Shown: positions 50,201 to 63,176 of the stretch, piece by piece | How the letters are laid out: each line of letters begins with the position of its first letter | Position numbering within the stretch: position 1 is the stretch's first letter | Source of the DNA: Carcharhinus amblyrhynchos | Lineage: Eukaryota | Reading direction: 5' to 3' | Length of the DNA: 64,000 nt | Assembly: GCA_965287045.1 (NCBI GenBank) | Contig: OZ336887.1 | Coordinates: forward strand, 46,376,001 to 46,440,000 | Made by a program: the position numbers and the translations under genes | Notes under the pieces: model-generated | What the model was told of the DNA's origin: nothing | The model's database searches: none | Seen by the model: only the letters and a program-made list of their open reading frames with translations

Positions 50201-50529
50201 GATGACATTGAAGGAAATGGGCTGCGAAAGTTGCGATTGGCTGGAATCTAGTCATGAATCCCTCTATGGGTCCCCCTTGATATCTCCTGGCCCGCCGTGT
50301 TACTCAAGCAGTGCAGTTGCTGGACAGAATCAGCAGTTTTGGAAGATGAATGATCTTCTTTGCTCAGCCAGGGCAAGTAAACCGCCCCAGTCTCCCACTG
50401 GACCCCCTCCCACACCCCTCGCAAGCTCAACTCTTTCTCTTACTCAGCCACCTGGGCCAACACCAGACAACTCCCACAATCACCATGCTTTCCCTGTAGT
50501 TTCTATGCTCTGCACATTCCAGCTCCCAC

Positions 50530-51815
50530 TCAAGCCCCATGCTTACCACATCTCATCACCATCTTAAATGTCCACACTCCCACCTACACTCTCCCTATCT
50601 GTGTCATTGCAGGACAAACTAGAGCACAACAGTGGCAGCAGATGCAGCAAGCTGGAATTATGCCCAACTTGCAAAGTCTCACACACTTCAAGAGGTGGGC
50701 CCTCAAGATGGCTAGGGAGGAGGAAGAGCATGCCTGCGCTGCTCATGAAACATGAGAATCCTCAACGCAAATACTGTAATTCCTCAAGTCTCAAATTTGT
50801 GTTGCTTCCATATCCGCTATAATGCACGATACCATTTCGCTTCTCTTGCAGGACAACCACTGGTACAGGACAAACCATGCTCATGATCACTGGAAGCTGT
50901 GGACTTCAGCGGTGCAGAGGGGGACTTCTTCAACTCCATTGTGGAAGATGCAGCACAGCCATCACCCACACCCAGCACCACCACAGATACTCATAACTTG
51001 GTAGGCCTAATAAGTAGGCTTTTGGGTTGCACATCAGTGAGCACCTCACAGATGATGATCCATTACAGATGGAGGTAGGGACATCCCAGAAACTACACTC
51101 AGAGATATGTCTGAGCTCAGGTTTCTGCCAAGCCCCTTGCCAATGATCTGTCCCTAGGCCTGGTCATCCCACAGCCGGTGGAATTGCAAAATCAAAGTTG
51201 CCAAACTCAGGAAGGGATAATAGCAGCCCTCCCCGAACTACAAGGTCAGATTGGAGGAGTTCCATAGCCTTCTATCCAAGGAGCTGGTGCCATCATTGCA
51301 ACACACTGAGGTCAACGCTGTGAGGCTGGCGTCCACAGTGGAGACCTTAGTGCAGGATGTCTACTCCGTAGCAGGAGATGTCCACACCATGGTGCAGGGC
51401 TTCGACTGCAGGGTGCAAGCACAGGTGGGAATCCACAAGTGTCAGCGCCAGAGGATGGCAGAGATTCTGGATCTCACTGCAGCTGCCACTCCATCCCATG
51501 GAGGAGTACACAGGCCCCCAGGAACCCAAAAGTAAAAGGATTGGCAGGAGTACAGCCTGGGGCACTCCAGCCAGAGGACGCCAGACATCTCCAGCTCATC
51601 TGATACCGTGCTCCCTATGAGCAACACACCTCCAGCCCCTGACACCGAGGAGGGCAGCAGTCCAATATTCATGTTACCTGAAAGTAGGCTTGGACCTTCA
51701 AGATCCCAACCCCTCCCCCTCCCCAGGGACACCCACCAAAATCACCTCAGGTAATAGGATGTGGAAGTCAGCAGATCGCCTCAGCCTTCGCTGTGGATCC
51801 TGGGGAGACATCGTG
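50530..51815 (+). mobile_element. PIF/Harbinger relic D: Myb/SANT gene exons 2-3
   Basis: tgtgtcattgcag|gacaaactagagcacaac (DKLEHN); ttctcttgcag|gacaacc; collinear with relics A, B and C. Confidence 0.75.
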
Positions 51816-53381
51816 AGGGGGCAGTTCCTGCACAGCATGCTCACTAGTCATGTGCTAATGTATTAAAATGAACATACTGTGGTCCTGCGTAGTGTTTCAG
51901 GCCACTCCACCAGCAAGGGATCAGAAAGATCGAACTCAGAAACTTGTTGGCGTGGATTGCGCCCTCTGGATTTAGATCGTGTATTGCCATTCCCACAGAT
52001 GGAGAGCGCGAGTTCCAAATTGTCCCCGAAGCGTAATTAAACAGATGTTACTCCAATGAGCTAAAATAAATAATCTTTCTCAATGGTGTTTAATACCATC
52101 TATTACCTCAGAATAAATTTGATTTATATAAGAGGCACTTCTTAATAGTAATTTAGTGCAATAGGAACAAATTAAGTTCAAGCTGTTCACCTACATTCAT
52201 TTTAAATTGAGAGTGCAATCTGGTGAGTGAAGGTGACATTGTGCCGTTTTTGTCCTGCAGTCTCCATCATAAATCATCCAATAACAGCCCACAGTCAGTA
52301 AGCAAAACCTTCTCAATCTCTCAGCTGCTGTTCCCAAAGGTGAAAGGAAGCTGCTGTGTTCTTTACTTGAATGGTAGAACATGGACTGAACTACCAGTGA
52401 CTTCCAGTTCCTTTGACATATATCATTTTTTTTTATTTTTCGTTTATGGGATGTGGACTTCACTGGCTGGGCCAGCATTTATTGTCCATTCCTATCTGCC
52501 CTTCTCAATATACATTTAAAGTTAAATGGCTTTACCCTCTATGTATAAAGCTTTAAAATAATTTTCAGCACTGGAAAGATAATTTTCTGAAGGTTGTTTC
52601 AATTAACAGCATTTTAAAAAGTATCAACAAATCCACAAAAATAGAACAAGAAGGTCTAGAACAAAGTAAGATGTATGTTGTCAGATTATAAAAAAGACAC
52701 ATTCTAGGACTTCAGCTGAAACTAAGTTTAATAGCTTATTACTAGGATACAGTGGAAAGATCTGGTACTAATTCATCCCATGTCTCCATTAAAAATAAAA
52801 GAGCTGTTGTATCTAATAACATAATCACGATTTTACAACCTCTGAGAACACTGCTTCAGAATAATCAAAACTGCAGTGTCAAGAATCTGTGAGACATGGT
52901 TGGCCTTTTCTCGGTGACTGAATAATCTTTTGAACTGTAAGCCAGGTGTCTAAGCGTGTCTTTTACAAGACCTTGAAGGGAACCTTTAAACAAAAGTTAT
53001 GTTTTCACGATCAACCATGAGAGTTATGCTTATCTTTTCTCTGTAACTGTTAATTTATCACTGCATACTAACAATGAAGTTTGCACTTCAAAACAACACT
53101 GTTTCCATAATGGGTCTTTGCCTAGATCCAAGCAATAGGAACATATACTCAGTTTATTACTGTCACCTTTCACAGAATAATGGGCAGGGTTCTGGTGTAG
53201 AAATAACAGCGTGTATAACAGTACTCATTATTATTAAAGCGCACATCAGACATTAAAGACCAGCAACCAGACACGCACAGTCAGTAAAGTGGAAATCAGG
53301 AATTTGCTGTCCAACTTATTCTGCTCCTTCAGGAGATCTACAATAACGGGATCTCACAAAAGACTTGGCTTTGAAAAATAT

Positions 53382-53992
53382 GGGCCAAGATTTTCCAGAT
53401 GGTGGGGAATTTTCTGGTCTGCCACGTTGCTGTCGACACTGACTGCCCCACATCCATTTAATGCTCCAAGAAGTGTTAATGAGCTAGAGACGGAACATTT
53501 GTCCTTCAGTACGGAGGAGGTCCCACCTCAGGGATATGCTAGCAACTCTCTGGTCCCCCAGTAGTGCCAGAAGGTGCAGTAGATGGGACTGGGGGTCCAT
53601 AAGTAGTCCTAGTCACACTGGAGTACAGGATCAGGTAAGTGTAGGGGGATCAGAGCACCAAGGGGATGTGAAGCCCAGGGTGAAAGGAGTGGGTGGGGAG
53701 GGGGTAGTGATATCAGTGAAGAGTCAGGCCCAGGGTTGGGGGGAGCACCTGCGGGGCACCTGATTGAAATGAGGGGTTGATGGAGCCGCTGCTCCGACAC
53801 TCAACTTCCTGCTTGAGTCCTGGGCATGCTTACTCCGTGGGCTTCTCCCCTCTGCTGCTGAACTCCTCCCACCAGACTGAAAATTGAGGCTGGGCAGGAA
53901 ACAGTTCCTATGTGGTCATTATTTAATGGCCCCAATTGAGTACTTGCTGTAAAATTGTGGTGAGATCAGAGAGGCTGGTGGTAAAACCATCC
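53382..53992. mobile_element. Probable Harbinger-type MITE
   Basis: Starts gggccaagattttcc, G-rich interior, ends ggtaaaaccatcc; sharp GC contrast with flanks. Confidence 0.4.
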
Positions 53993-56900
53993 AAGGATTT
54001 TTTTTTTTGCAAAATTATACTTCATTTGTAAAGTATCTGAGAGAATATTACAAACAGTTCAAAATGGCCAACATAGAAAGTATGATGACATCTATATTCT
54101 CTGAGGTGCTTCAATACAATCAAATGAATATTATAGACTTTCCAAAATAGTCATTACAAAAGGTGCGATAACATTTAAGTTATCTACCATCTGAAGAATT
54201 TTTTAAGTTGTGATAAATCTTAATAACTACCAAACTATCTCATCAACATTGACAATTGACTCCTTCAGGTTTTAATTTCCACTGTTGGAGAGTTTTTAAA
54301 TGTACTTTTTCTTTCCGTCTCTCTTGATCTTATCTTTCTTTCCCACCTTGCATTTCAGTTTCTGATTTGTCATTGAATTAAATATTTTAAGTTACACGCC
54401 CCGATTCAGGCCCTGTTTTCCTTGTTATTGGTTCTTTAAACTGATTAGTTAAGGAGATAAACAGTTGTTTATGCTTTTCAGTGAAGGGAAACATATAGAA
54501 ATGTTATACTAATTACAGTAAGTTCCAGTGAAAATTCCCATAGAAAATCTATGGACAAGTGTGATTGTAATCGCTGGTTTCTTGTTCACGTTGAAAGCAA
54601 ACTACAGTCCCATGCTCAGCAATATTTGTAAATGAAAGATGTAAAATAAAGCCTATCATATGGTTCAAAGTAAAATAAAGCTATCTCCACAAAGAAATTA
54701 TGCTCTGTTGAGAATAGGGCAATAGAAACCTAAGGCAAAATGTTATGGGAGGTAGCCCAGCCTAGGTGCAACAGCATTTAATTGCAAGTTCACAATTAAG
54801 AAGTTCAAGCAAGTTGAATGATTCCTGTATCTATAGCCCACCACCACAAATTCCCTGGGGAAAACACACTCTGAGAAACAGTGGCTGATTTTGCTGAAGT
54901 GTTTATTGAGCCCTTCAACAAACAATTGGATTAATATTTGGTTGAGATTGAAGTTTGTACCAATAAGGACTGTCTCATTTCATTTGGGATTCTTTCAGCT
55001 AGTGGGAAATGGATTTTTTCATTCCACAGCAGTCTGTCTTGGTATCTTACTGACATGGTGCATTATGGAGTGATAGAACAAAGATTCAGAGCTTAGATTC
55101 ACAACAATTGAACCATCTAGGAGAGAATCAAGTGAACAAAGACATTGTTTTGGTATGTTCTCCCCTTTGCTCCCCAGCCATTTCCCTATACATTCAGGGG
55201 AAAGTTTTGACTTTGACACGATAGGCAATTCTGCAACAAACTGCACCCAAATTCTAACTGTTTTGAAAAATATTTCTCAATCCTAGACTTTGACTCAAAC
55301 ATGCTTACATATCACCAAACGTAAAATCTGTTCTGAACCATACAATCAGATAATGTTTCAAAACGCATCTTTATAAGTGTGCTTTAAAAATATTTATTGA
55401 TTTTAGAAAAATAACTTGGTAAAATCCGATCAATATAGCTGAAAATTGATTCATCACAAAAAATAGCCAATTTATATTAGTGTCAATCCAGTTCCTGTGA
55501 ATAGCCCCATTTTAAATTATTGAAAATAACTTATGCACAAAACTATTTTTAGTTATATTGGGCCACAGTGCCAATTCCTTCATATGTTATTTCACAAAAT
55601 TCATTCAAAACATTGCAAAATGTGCCCATTAGTGTCCTTGCATTAAAAATTCAGTTTAATTGTTTAGAGCGTCCTCAAAGGCCTGAAGATGAATGCAATT
55701 AAGCAGAACCTCCAGTATCAACTGGTCACATTACAGTTTGACATTTCACAACTACCTTTCCAACTGACAAGGAAAATATGCATCAAATCTTCACCTATTG
55801 GATCTTAGTGACTATGACAAATGTTCTTGCAAACAAATACAAACGATATCCCAATTTGTTGTATCATGCTTTCTATCTAAAGTATTTGAAAGCTTATATA
55901 TTTCACCAGCTAATAGCAACTTTGTTGTAAGATGGCTGGAATTATACCCTGAGTCCACATACGCTCTATAAATTTTGAGGCCTATTCTTAAGATTTTTCT
56001 TTTAAATCCACAAAAAAATACACAGTTAAGGAAGTGATGTGATGAATGGGTGACCTGGTCTCCATTTGGAAAAAAATTCACAGCATTTAATTGCCCAGAA
56101 ACAGGCCATTGGGCCCACAGCTCTATACTGGTAGTTATGCATCATATAAACCTAGTCTCACCTTTTCAACATCTTTCTGAGCCTTTCTCCCTTCTGCACT
56201 TATAATGTTCCCTTCAGGAAGAGTCTGTGTTTGACATCGCAATTCCACATGATGCCTTGTGATTTTTTAACAAGTTTAAATGAAAGCATGACCAGAAAGG
56301 AATAATAAACAAAGATGACACATGAATGTGTCCGGCATGTTCATCATTTTACAAGTGTTTAATTAAACCAAAATTTCATATATTATGATGCAGTTCAGCT
56401 CCAAAGAGAAGAAGACAGACTGCAACTGGAGCTAAAGACTGAAGAGCAATCCTTTGATTAAAGAAAACTGTCAATATATGTTATTGAATTGACTAGCATA
56501 ATCTAAGTACTGATGTCCAGATTGTGCCATGACAGAGGGCCACTGCATAATGACAAAAATGGCAGATGATTCCAGATATCCCAAATTCCATCCTCTAGGC
56601 ACATCCTATTTTTATTGGGATGGGGCTGAAGTTAGCCCAGAGTTTGCACATGCAAGGTTTACAAAGGCAGCTGGCCGTATAAATTAGCAGCTATACCCAC
56701 TGAAGTGGGATTTTAGTAGTCCTGGTGGGAAACTCAGATTAGATCAGATAAGAGCTGGTCTACACTTCATGGATTTATTTGTATACAGGGGTACCCCTTT
56801 GGCGAGGTACCTTTTTCAATATGATCATGGGACGCCTTTTGGTTAGGTTAGGCACCTTTTGGGAGAGATAGGGCATCCTTTGGGGTTGTTAAAAGGAAAC

Positions 56901-57179
56901 ATGATTGTGTGTAAAAAGTGCATAAACTAATTGGAACTGTCAAAGAACTACCAAGCTCTTAAAGAATTGTCTACGCTGTCAATGAATTATCAAACTGGGA
57001 GTGAACTGTCAAAACTGTCAAAGCAGCCAATGAACTGTCGAAGGATACTAGATGAGTTTGCATGGGAGGGGTAATAGCAAAGAGTGGTTGACATGGGTTG
57101 ACGTGCATTATCACTAAACTAACATATGGACTACAAAGGGCCATGAGAATGTGGAGGTCTTGGAGGTGGGCTGGCATTA

Positions 57180-57518
57180 ATCATAGAAACCCTACAGTAC
57201 AGAGAAAGGCCATTTGGCCCATCGAGTCTGCATCGACCACAATCCCATCCAGGCCCTACACCCATATCCCTACATGTTTTATCCACTAATCCCTCTAACC
57301 TACACATCTCAAAACACTAAGGGGCAAGTTAAGCATGGCCAATCAACCTAACCAGCACATCCTTGGACTGTGGGAGGAAACTGGAGCACCCAGAGGAAAC
57401 CCACACAGGCATGAGGAGAATGTGCAAACTCCACAGACAGTGACCCAAGCCGGGAATCGAACGCAGGTCCCTGGAGCTGTGAAGCATCAGTGCTGATCAC
57501 TGTGCTACTGTGCCACCC
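57180..57518 (-). mobile_element. HE1-like V-domain SINE
   Basis: Collinear with 21383-21707. Confidence 0.9.
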
Positions 57519-57759
57519 ATGTCGGGAATGAGGGGCCATAAGAATTTGTAGGGGTTATGGGGTGCCTCTGGATTACTAGTCAGCAATATTACCACTATGC
57601 CACTACCTCATTAATATGTTACAGAAATGGGTGCGAAGGGAGGGGGGGATAGTGATGGTGTACATTACATGCAGTAAGGTTCACTGTCCAAATTTAAACT
57701 GACACCCATAAACTAAATCAAATATTGCTGCAGCTAGAACCTATAGAAATTATTTGAGC

Positions 57760-58320
57760 CCGCACTCTCCATCAGACGGAATTGCGGCCTGTGCTCAAAA
57801 TCCAGAGGTTGCGATTCATGCCAATGACTTTCTGAGTTCCGATTTTATCGGCTCCTTGCTGGTGGAGTGGTGTGAAACACACCATGGAACTACAGAAAGC
57901 TAGTTTTAATACATTAACACCTTATTAGCAAGAATTATATCTGGGATTTCCCGCCTCACCGGATATTCAGCAGACACTAGCATACCATCATGCTGGCACC
58001 CTCTACAAGAGATTAACCTAGGCATGAACCTTTCACGAGTGTCTCCTCAGGATTGTAATAATATGTATGATCCCCTGGAGAGAGGGATATGGTCAGGCAG
58101 TGGCCTGGCAATGCACTCTGGCACTGCCTCTTGGCACAGACCAGTGCCAATCCGCATTAAGGAGTGGGCCTCAGTGGGAGCCTTATGGGGTGGGGTGTGG
58201 GATTCATTTAGATGTGATTGCAGCTGGGTGTGGACGGTGGAGCAGGGCTTGCTGGTGATGGCTGTTGTGGTGAGGGGATGACACACAGAGGGTAGTGGGG
58301 GTATGGAATGCTCTGCCAAG
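57760..58320. mobile_element. Harbinger subterminal fragment
   Basis: ggagtggtgtgaaacacacc...acagaaagct...ctgggatttcccgcc...attcagcag matches 42990-43160. Confidence 0.6.
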
Positions 58321-58575
58321 TAAGGTGGAGGAGGCAGGCACGCTGGAGTTGTTTAAGAGTAACTTAGACAGGCACATGAGTGGGTTGGAGATGGGAGGAT
58401 ATAGGAGATTGTTTTAAATAAGGTTCATTAACATTGGGATGTCCCTGGTAATGTGAAAGGATGTGATCTGATAATAATGTTTTTCTCTTTTAATTCATAG
58501 GTTTTAAGTTGGCCCGCCTTATCCAACAAGGGGCATACACGCGATGGGTCGTACTTGGGCTGCTCTTGAATGTTC
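58321..58575 (+). mobile_element. CR1 3' end
   Basis: KVEEAGTLELFKSNLDRHM C-terminal motif followed by a 3' UTR. Confidence 0.6.
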
Positions 58576-58630
58576 GAGAGTGGCCTAGTGCTTCATGTCG
58601 TTAGTGTGTGCTTAAACTGGACCAGATGCT

Positions 58631-58955
58631 GGGCAACACGACAGCTCAGCGACTATCACAGTTTGCTGTGCAGACACATGGATTTGGGCCAGTGTCTGTG
58701 GGAGTTTGCGCATTCTCCTTGTGCTTGCTTGGGTTTTCTCCGGGTGCTCCGGTTTCCTCCCACACCCCAAAGATGTGCTGTTAGGCTGACTGGAGGTAAT
58801 AAGTTGCCCCTAAATTAGTTTCCCTCAATGTGGAATGCCATAAACAATAGATAAGGGTCATGGGTGGAAGGGGGGACTGGTAATGTTAAAATGGTGGCGC
58901 GGGCTCGTTGGGCCGAAGGGCCTGTTTCCCGGGCTGTTTTTGTTCTTTGTTCTTT
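58631..58955 (+). mobile_element. V-domain SINE
   Basis: V core gtctgtgggagtttgcgcattctcc...gggtgctccggtttcctcccacac; CR1-like tail gggccgaagggcctgttt...ttgttctttgttcttt. Confidence 0.85.
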
Positions 58956-60125
58956 GGTTGCCGACTCTGACTCTGGAGCAGTGGGACGGGGGTTTGGGAA
59001 TAGGTGCTGATGATCAGTGAAAAGGGGAGATCAGGGTGGAAGGGAGGGGAAGAAGGTGCTGATGATTTGGGTGGAATAGAAAAGTGCTGACTCTGATTGG
59101 GGCAGCGGATGCCTGAAACCTCTGTAGTGGGCAAGGCGGAAGGTTTACTCAGGTTCTGATCAGGTTGCCCTTTAATGATGGCATCCCGATCTTGTGCAGC
59201 TGGGTTCTGCCAGTGCGTTCAGGCCCACTGCAATATAATGTGAAGCACATCCCTTTAAAATCTGGAGAAAAAATCAACCAATTTCTCTGGGAAGAAACGT
59301 GCCAGTTTTCATGCTGGAACCAACATTCTGCCATTTCTTGGTAAGATTTCTCCCTATATTTCTTTAAGCAATAAACTACTAAAAACACCTTTCCATTTTC
59401 CAAGTGAGACACTAAGAAATTCACTGCACGGTGTAAAGTTGACTTCACTGTCTGCTGTTCTCACTAACACCATCTGTTATATTTGTTCTCTTCTATTCAC
59501 AATTCTACTAAAACAATCAATGTTGGCCTGATCCTATATTTTGAACAGAATTGAGTTTCACTCTCTGTCTCGCTATCTTTGTCACTGTTCACTTAGTCAA
59601 TTAATGCAGAAATAACATACTCCACTCAGGTCAGTTGCAAAAAGCCATTTGGCCTACCTTCAGATTTCTTATACATTTTGATTTTAACAGTAATGGGTTT
59701 GTCATTTTTGTCAGGACAGTATGAAAACACAGAGTCTGTATAGGTGAATTTTTATACAAATTAAAGCTGGTCTCTGGAAAACCTCATTACAGTTCACTCT
59801 TTGCAGTGCAATGGGTTAACAAGATGACTTTGTTTATGTTTGCTGACCATACTAATAGAAAACAATTGGTTTCAGCAAAGAATCCATGGTAAGTGCTGTG
59901 ACAGTACCTTAAAAATCCATTTGACATGATTAGTGCTAAATATTGAAATTAATTTGAATTTCTCCAAACTCTATCAATAATCAGCATGAGTATTTTCGAT
60001 CAGTTGCTAAAAACATACAAAGGCAAGCAACAGTAGATTTACATGCATAGGGTTACATAGAATGTTCAGAACAGAAATAGACCATTCAGCCCAAGTGGTC
60101 CATACTGATGGTCCACATGAATCTT

Positions 60126-60370
60126 GAAAGAAATAAGAGCAGGAGTAGACCAAATGATCTGTTGAGCCTGCTTCCCCATTCAATACAACCCTGGCTGATC
60201 ATGAGTTTCAACTCCACTTTCCTGCTACTTTCCATATCCTTTGATTCCTTGAGAGACCAAATATCAGTCTATCCCAGCATTAAATGTATGCAATGATGGA
60301 GTATCTACAACTCTCTGGAACAGAGATTTCCAAAGATTCACAATCCTTTGAATGAAGTAATTACTCTTGA
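60126..60370 (-). mobile_element. Old CR1 3' end
   Basis: agaaataagagcaggagtagacc...ccattcaata...ctggctgatc...ttccaaagattcacaatcctttgaatgaag. Confidence 0.75.
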
Positions 60371-60878
60371 ATGGTATTAAACTTTATGCTATAAAAATAA
60401 AAATAAAGAAGATACATCGTAATTTTAAAGCCACAGTCTCGCAAAATCTGTACTTAAACAGGTCCTTTGATTTCCACTTTGATTCCTTTCATTGGGGATG
60501 AATCCTCAGGTCATGGAAGACATTTGTGCCCCTATATACACAACAAGGCAACAGACTCAAGAATAACCCTACCTCATTTGTCTCTGTTAATAAAAAAATT
60601 AGGTCCGATGAGTAGGAAGAGGAGGTTGCAGGCACAGCTAGCCATGTTGGCTCAGCGCCAAGATAGGTCTGGCACAAGCACAGGGATGGTTCCATTCATT
60701 TTCATTCTGCTTAAACCAGGCACATTAGAAGAATAAATTTGACTTGAGCATTTTGTGCTTATTTATTGTCGCAATACTCGGATATGTAATAGTTTTATTC
60801 TGCCTTCTCTCACTCTTCAAGTGCCATGCTCTAAGAGGGCATTGGAATGTTGGCCAAGATTATGCTTGGCAAGGTACT

Positions 60879-61583
60879 TGTTAGGGTGCCAGATCAGAAC
60901 ACCAAGGTATATTATGACACCAGACTAGACCCCAACATTTTTTTTAGTTTGGGCGTACATGTGAGATTAGGATATTCCAGGCATGATTCTACTGACAAAC
61001 TAGGGAGGTTTTATCAAAACCAACTTTACTTAACCAAGCAATTTAATTATAACAAATGAATTAGCTTGACTTTCAACAGTTGAAAAATACTTAAAATGAA
61101 AAGAAACAATTCTAAGTTCTAACTTATCAGTTTATCAGTTCTAACTCTGCAACATTTCTCTTGTAGATTTAAAACACTTTAAACACTGTTAGCAAAACAC
61201 AGGCAGATTTGTTTTAACCTTTGTTAATAGTCTTGGTGCTTTGAGAGGGGTCTTTTCAGAGAGACAAAGCCTCCGGACCGCTGCCTTTAACCAGCTCCAT
61301 TCAGCAATTGCCCTTTGTTTGAAATGAAAATGAAACTGATTCTCTGCTACAAGCCTAGCTCTTGCCATTAATCTAATTCACCTTCCATTATTGAAAATAA
61401 AAAAAATTAAGCTTTTTACTAAATAAACACTTGCATGGTAAAAATGAGTAATTAGCCTGTTTTCTCAACATCTACTGCATTCCTTCCCAGACAAACTGAC
61501 CCTCTGTAGAAAATCATTGTCTCTTTGCCTCTTACAGCAGTCTCCCCCAAAACATAAAATATTAATAACATGGTATCATCACA
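60879..61583 (-). mobile_element. Solo LTR related to 47149-47918
   Basis: Ends catggtatcatcaca (exact reverse complement of tgtgatgataccatg); 60879-61035 is homologous to reversed 47760-47918; flanks TACT/TCCT. Confidence 0.82.
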
Positions 61584-63176
61584 TCCTGCAATTATTTATC
61601 GTTGCTGTCTGCAGGTTCTAGCTGACCAAGTGACTCTCCCACTCTTGTTGCCTGCCATAGGTGTATTGGAAGGATTTACAAGTTGATAATTAACCTGATG
61701 GGCCACATTACAAGCATGGTCATCAAATTCCAGAGTGAGATCTGCATTTCTATTTAATAATTGATGAGAAAATATGATCTGACTAGGGTTATATTCATGA
61801 GTTTGGTACAGTTACTGAGTTAAAATTATTTTGCCATGTCTCAATTAAAGAACAGTAGTCTCTAAGGTTTATTTGATTGTTAAGTTGTCACTGCAGCAGT
61901 ACGTGTGTCATAATGCACAGCCAGATACAAAGCAATATTGTAAAATTACATTTAAATATTCAGCATTCATAGAAAATTGTAACTGACTCATTTTGCACAT
62001 ACATCCTGCCTGACACAGGAAACAACAAAGTTAACAAAATTATTTGAAAAGAAGGAGTCAAGAGATGCACCGAGAGATTCTGCACCACCAAGTCTAACAT
62101 CTGCCATGAGGAATGTTTGTAATGATTTTGAGTCTGGTCAACACTCATAAAACATTAAAGGGCAATTAGCATGTACACAAAAGGATACTGAAATAGAATG
62201 TTTGCAAGACTTTTGCCAATTTATCACAATTAATTTCGGAAGACGGTTAGCCAAACGAACTTCAGAGAAATAGGCCCAGATATTCAAGAGCGTGCATTGA
62301 TGAAGGCTGAGGCAATCCCAGTATTGAGTCTCAAGGCTAACAAGCCAGCAAAAAGTTGTCATGAAGTAGCAGGAACCTCACTGGTGAAGTACTATAAGTA
62401 CTGGTAAAGTATGTAAGTTATTTGAAAGTATTCACTTTTTATATAAAGTGGAGAATATTTAATCTAATCTCCACTTGGACTTTCCTCAGAGAGAACAGTT
62501 GTCAATCTTTGTCAGATCAGATCTGGAAAGGCAGATAGACATAGCTGCCATAGGGGATGTGGAGGACTAAGATTACCTTCTCCACTCATAAAATTGAAGA
62601 TTATTCTAAGCATATTAACTCAGAGAGCAATGTTAGATCACTGGCAATACTGTGGATCAGATTACTCCATCTTTCCAACCATGCACATTTGTATGAATCG
62701 AAGGGACGCACGAAAGATGAGATAAGTAAAATTATGCCTTCAGAAAATAGGCAGAATGCTTTTGCACAATCATCACATTTCATTCTGTATCTGTTGGGGA
62801 TAGTAGTGGACACATATTTAGCTTCCCCTTCATAGGTCAAAGGGCATATGGGGTATGGTGGTGGTAGGTGGAAGGCTAACTATCCAAGTTTGACTGTTAA
62901 ATTTCTGTCTTTTATGCCCATGATGAGCCTCAGAGGCATTCACAGTAGTAGAATCCTGAAATTCGACCCTTTTAAAGATGTCAGCCTTCCATAGACAATG
63001 GAAGCCAAAGAGTTCCAGAAATCCTTTATCTTTAGTCCACCTGAATTTAAAACATAAGGTTCGGGGCAAGAGAAAACCATGCAGCCTGTTAAGCCTGCTT
63101 CGACTCCACTTGCCCGCTTGCTCCCCATAGCCCTTGATTCCCTTCAGAGACCAAAAGTCTCTTGGTGCCTTAAATA

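Noticed and set aside
61960-62840. Cluster of short ORFs as possible exons
   Set aside because: No recognisable domain and no convincing acceptor/donor pair in any frame I examined.
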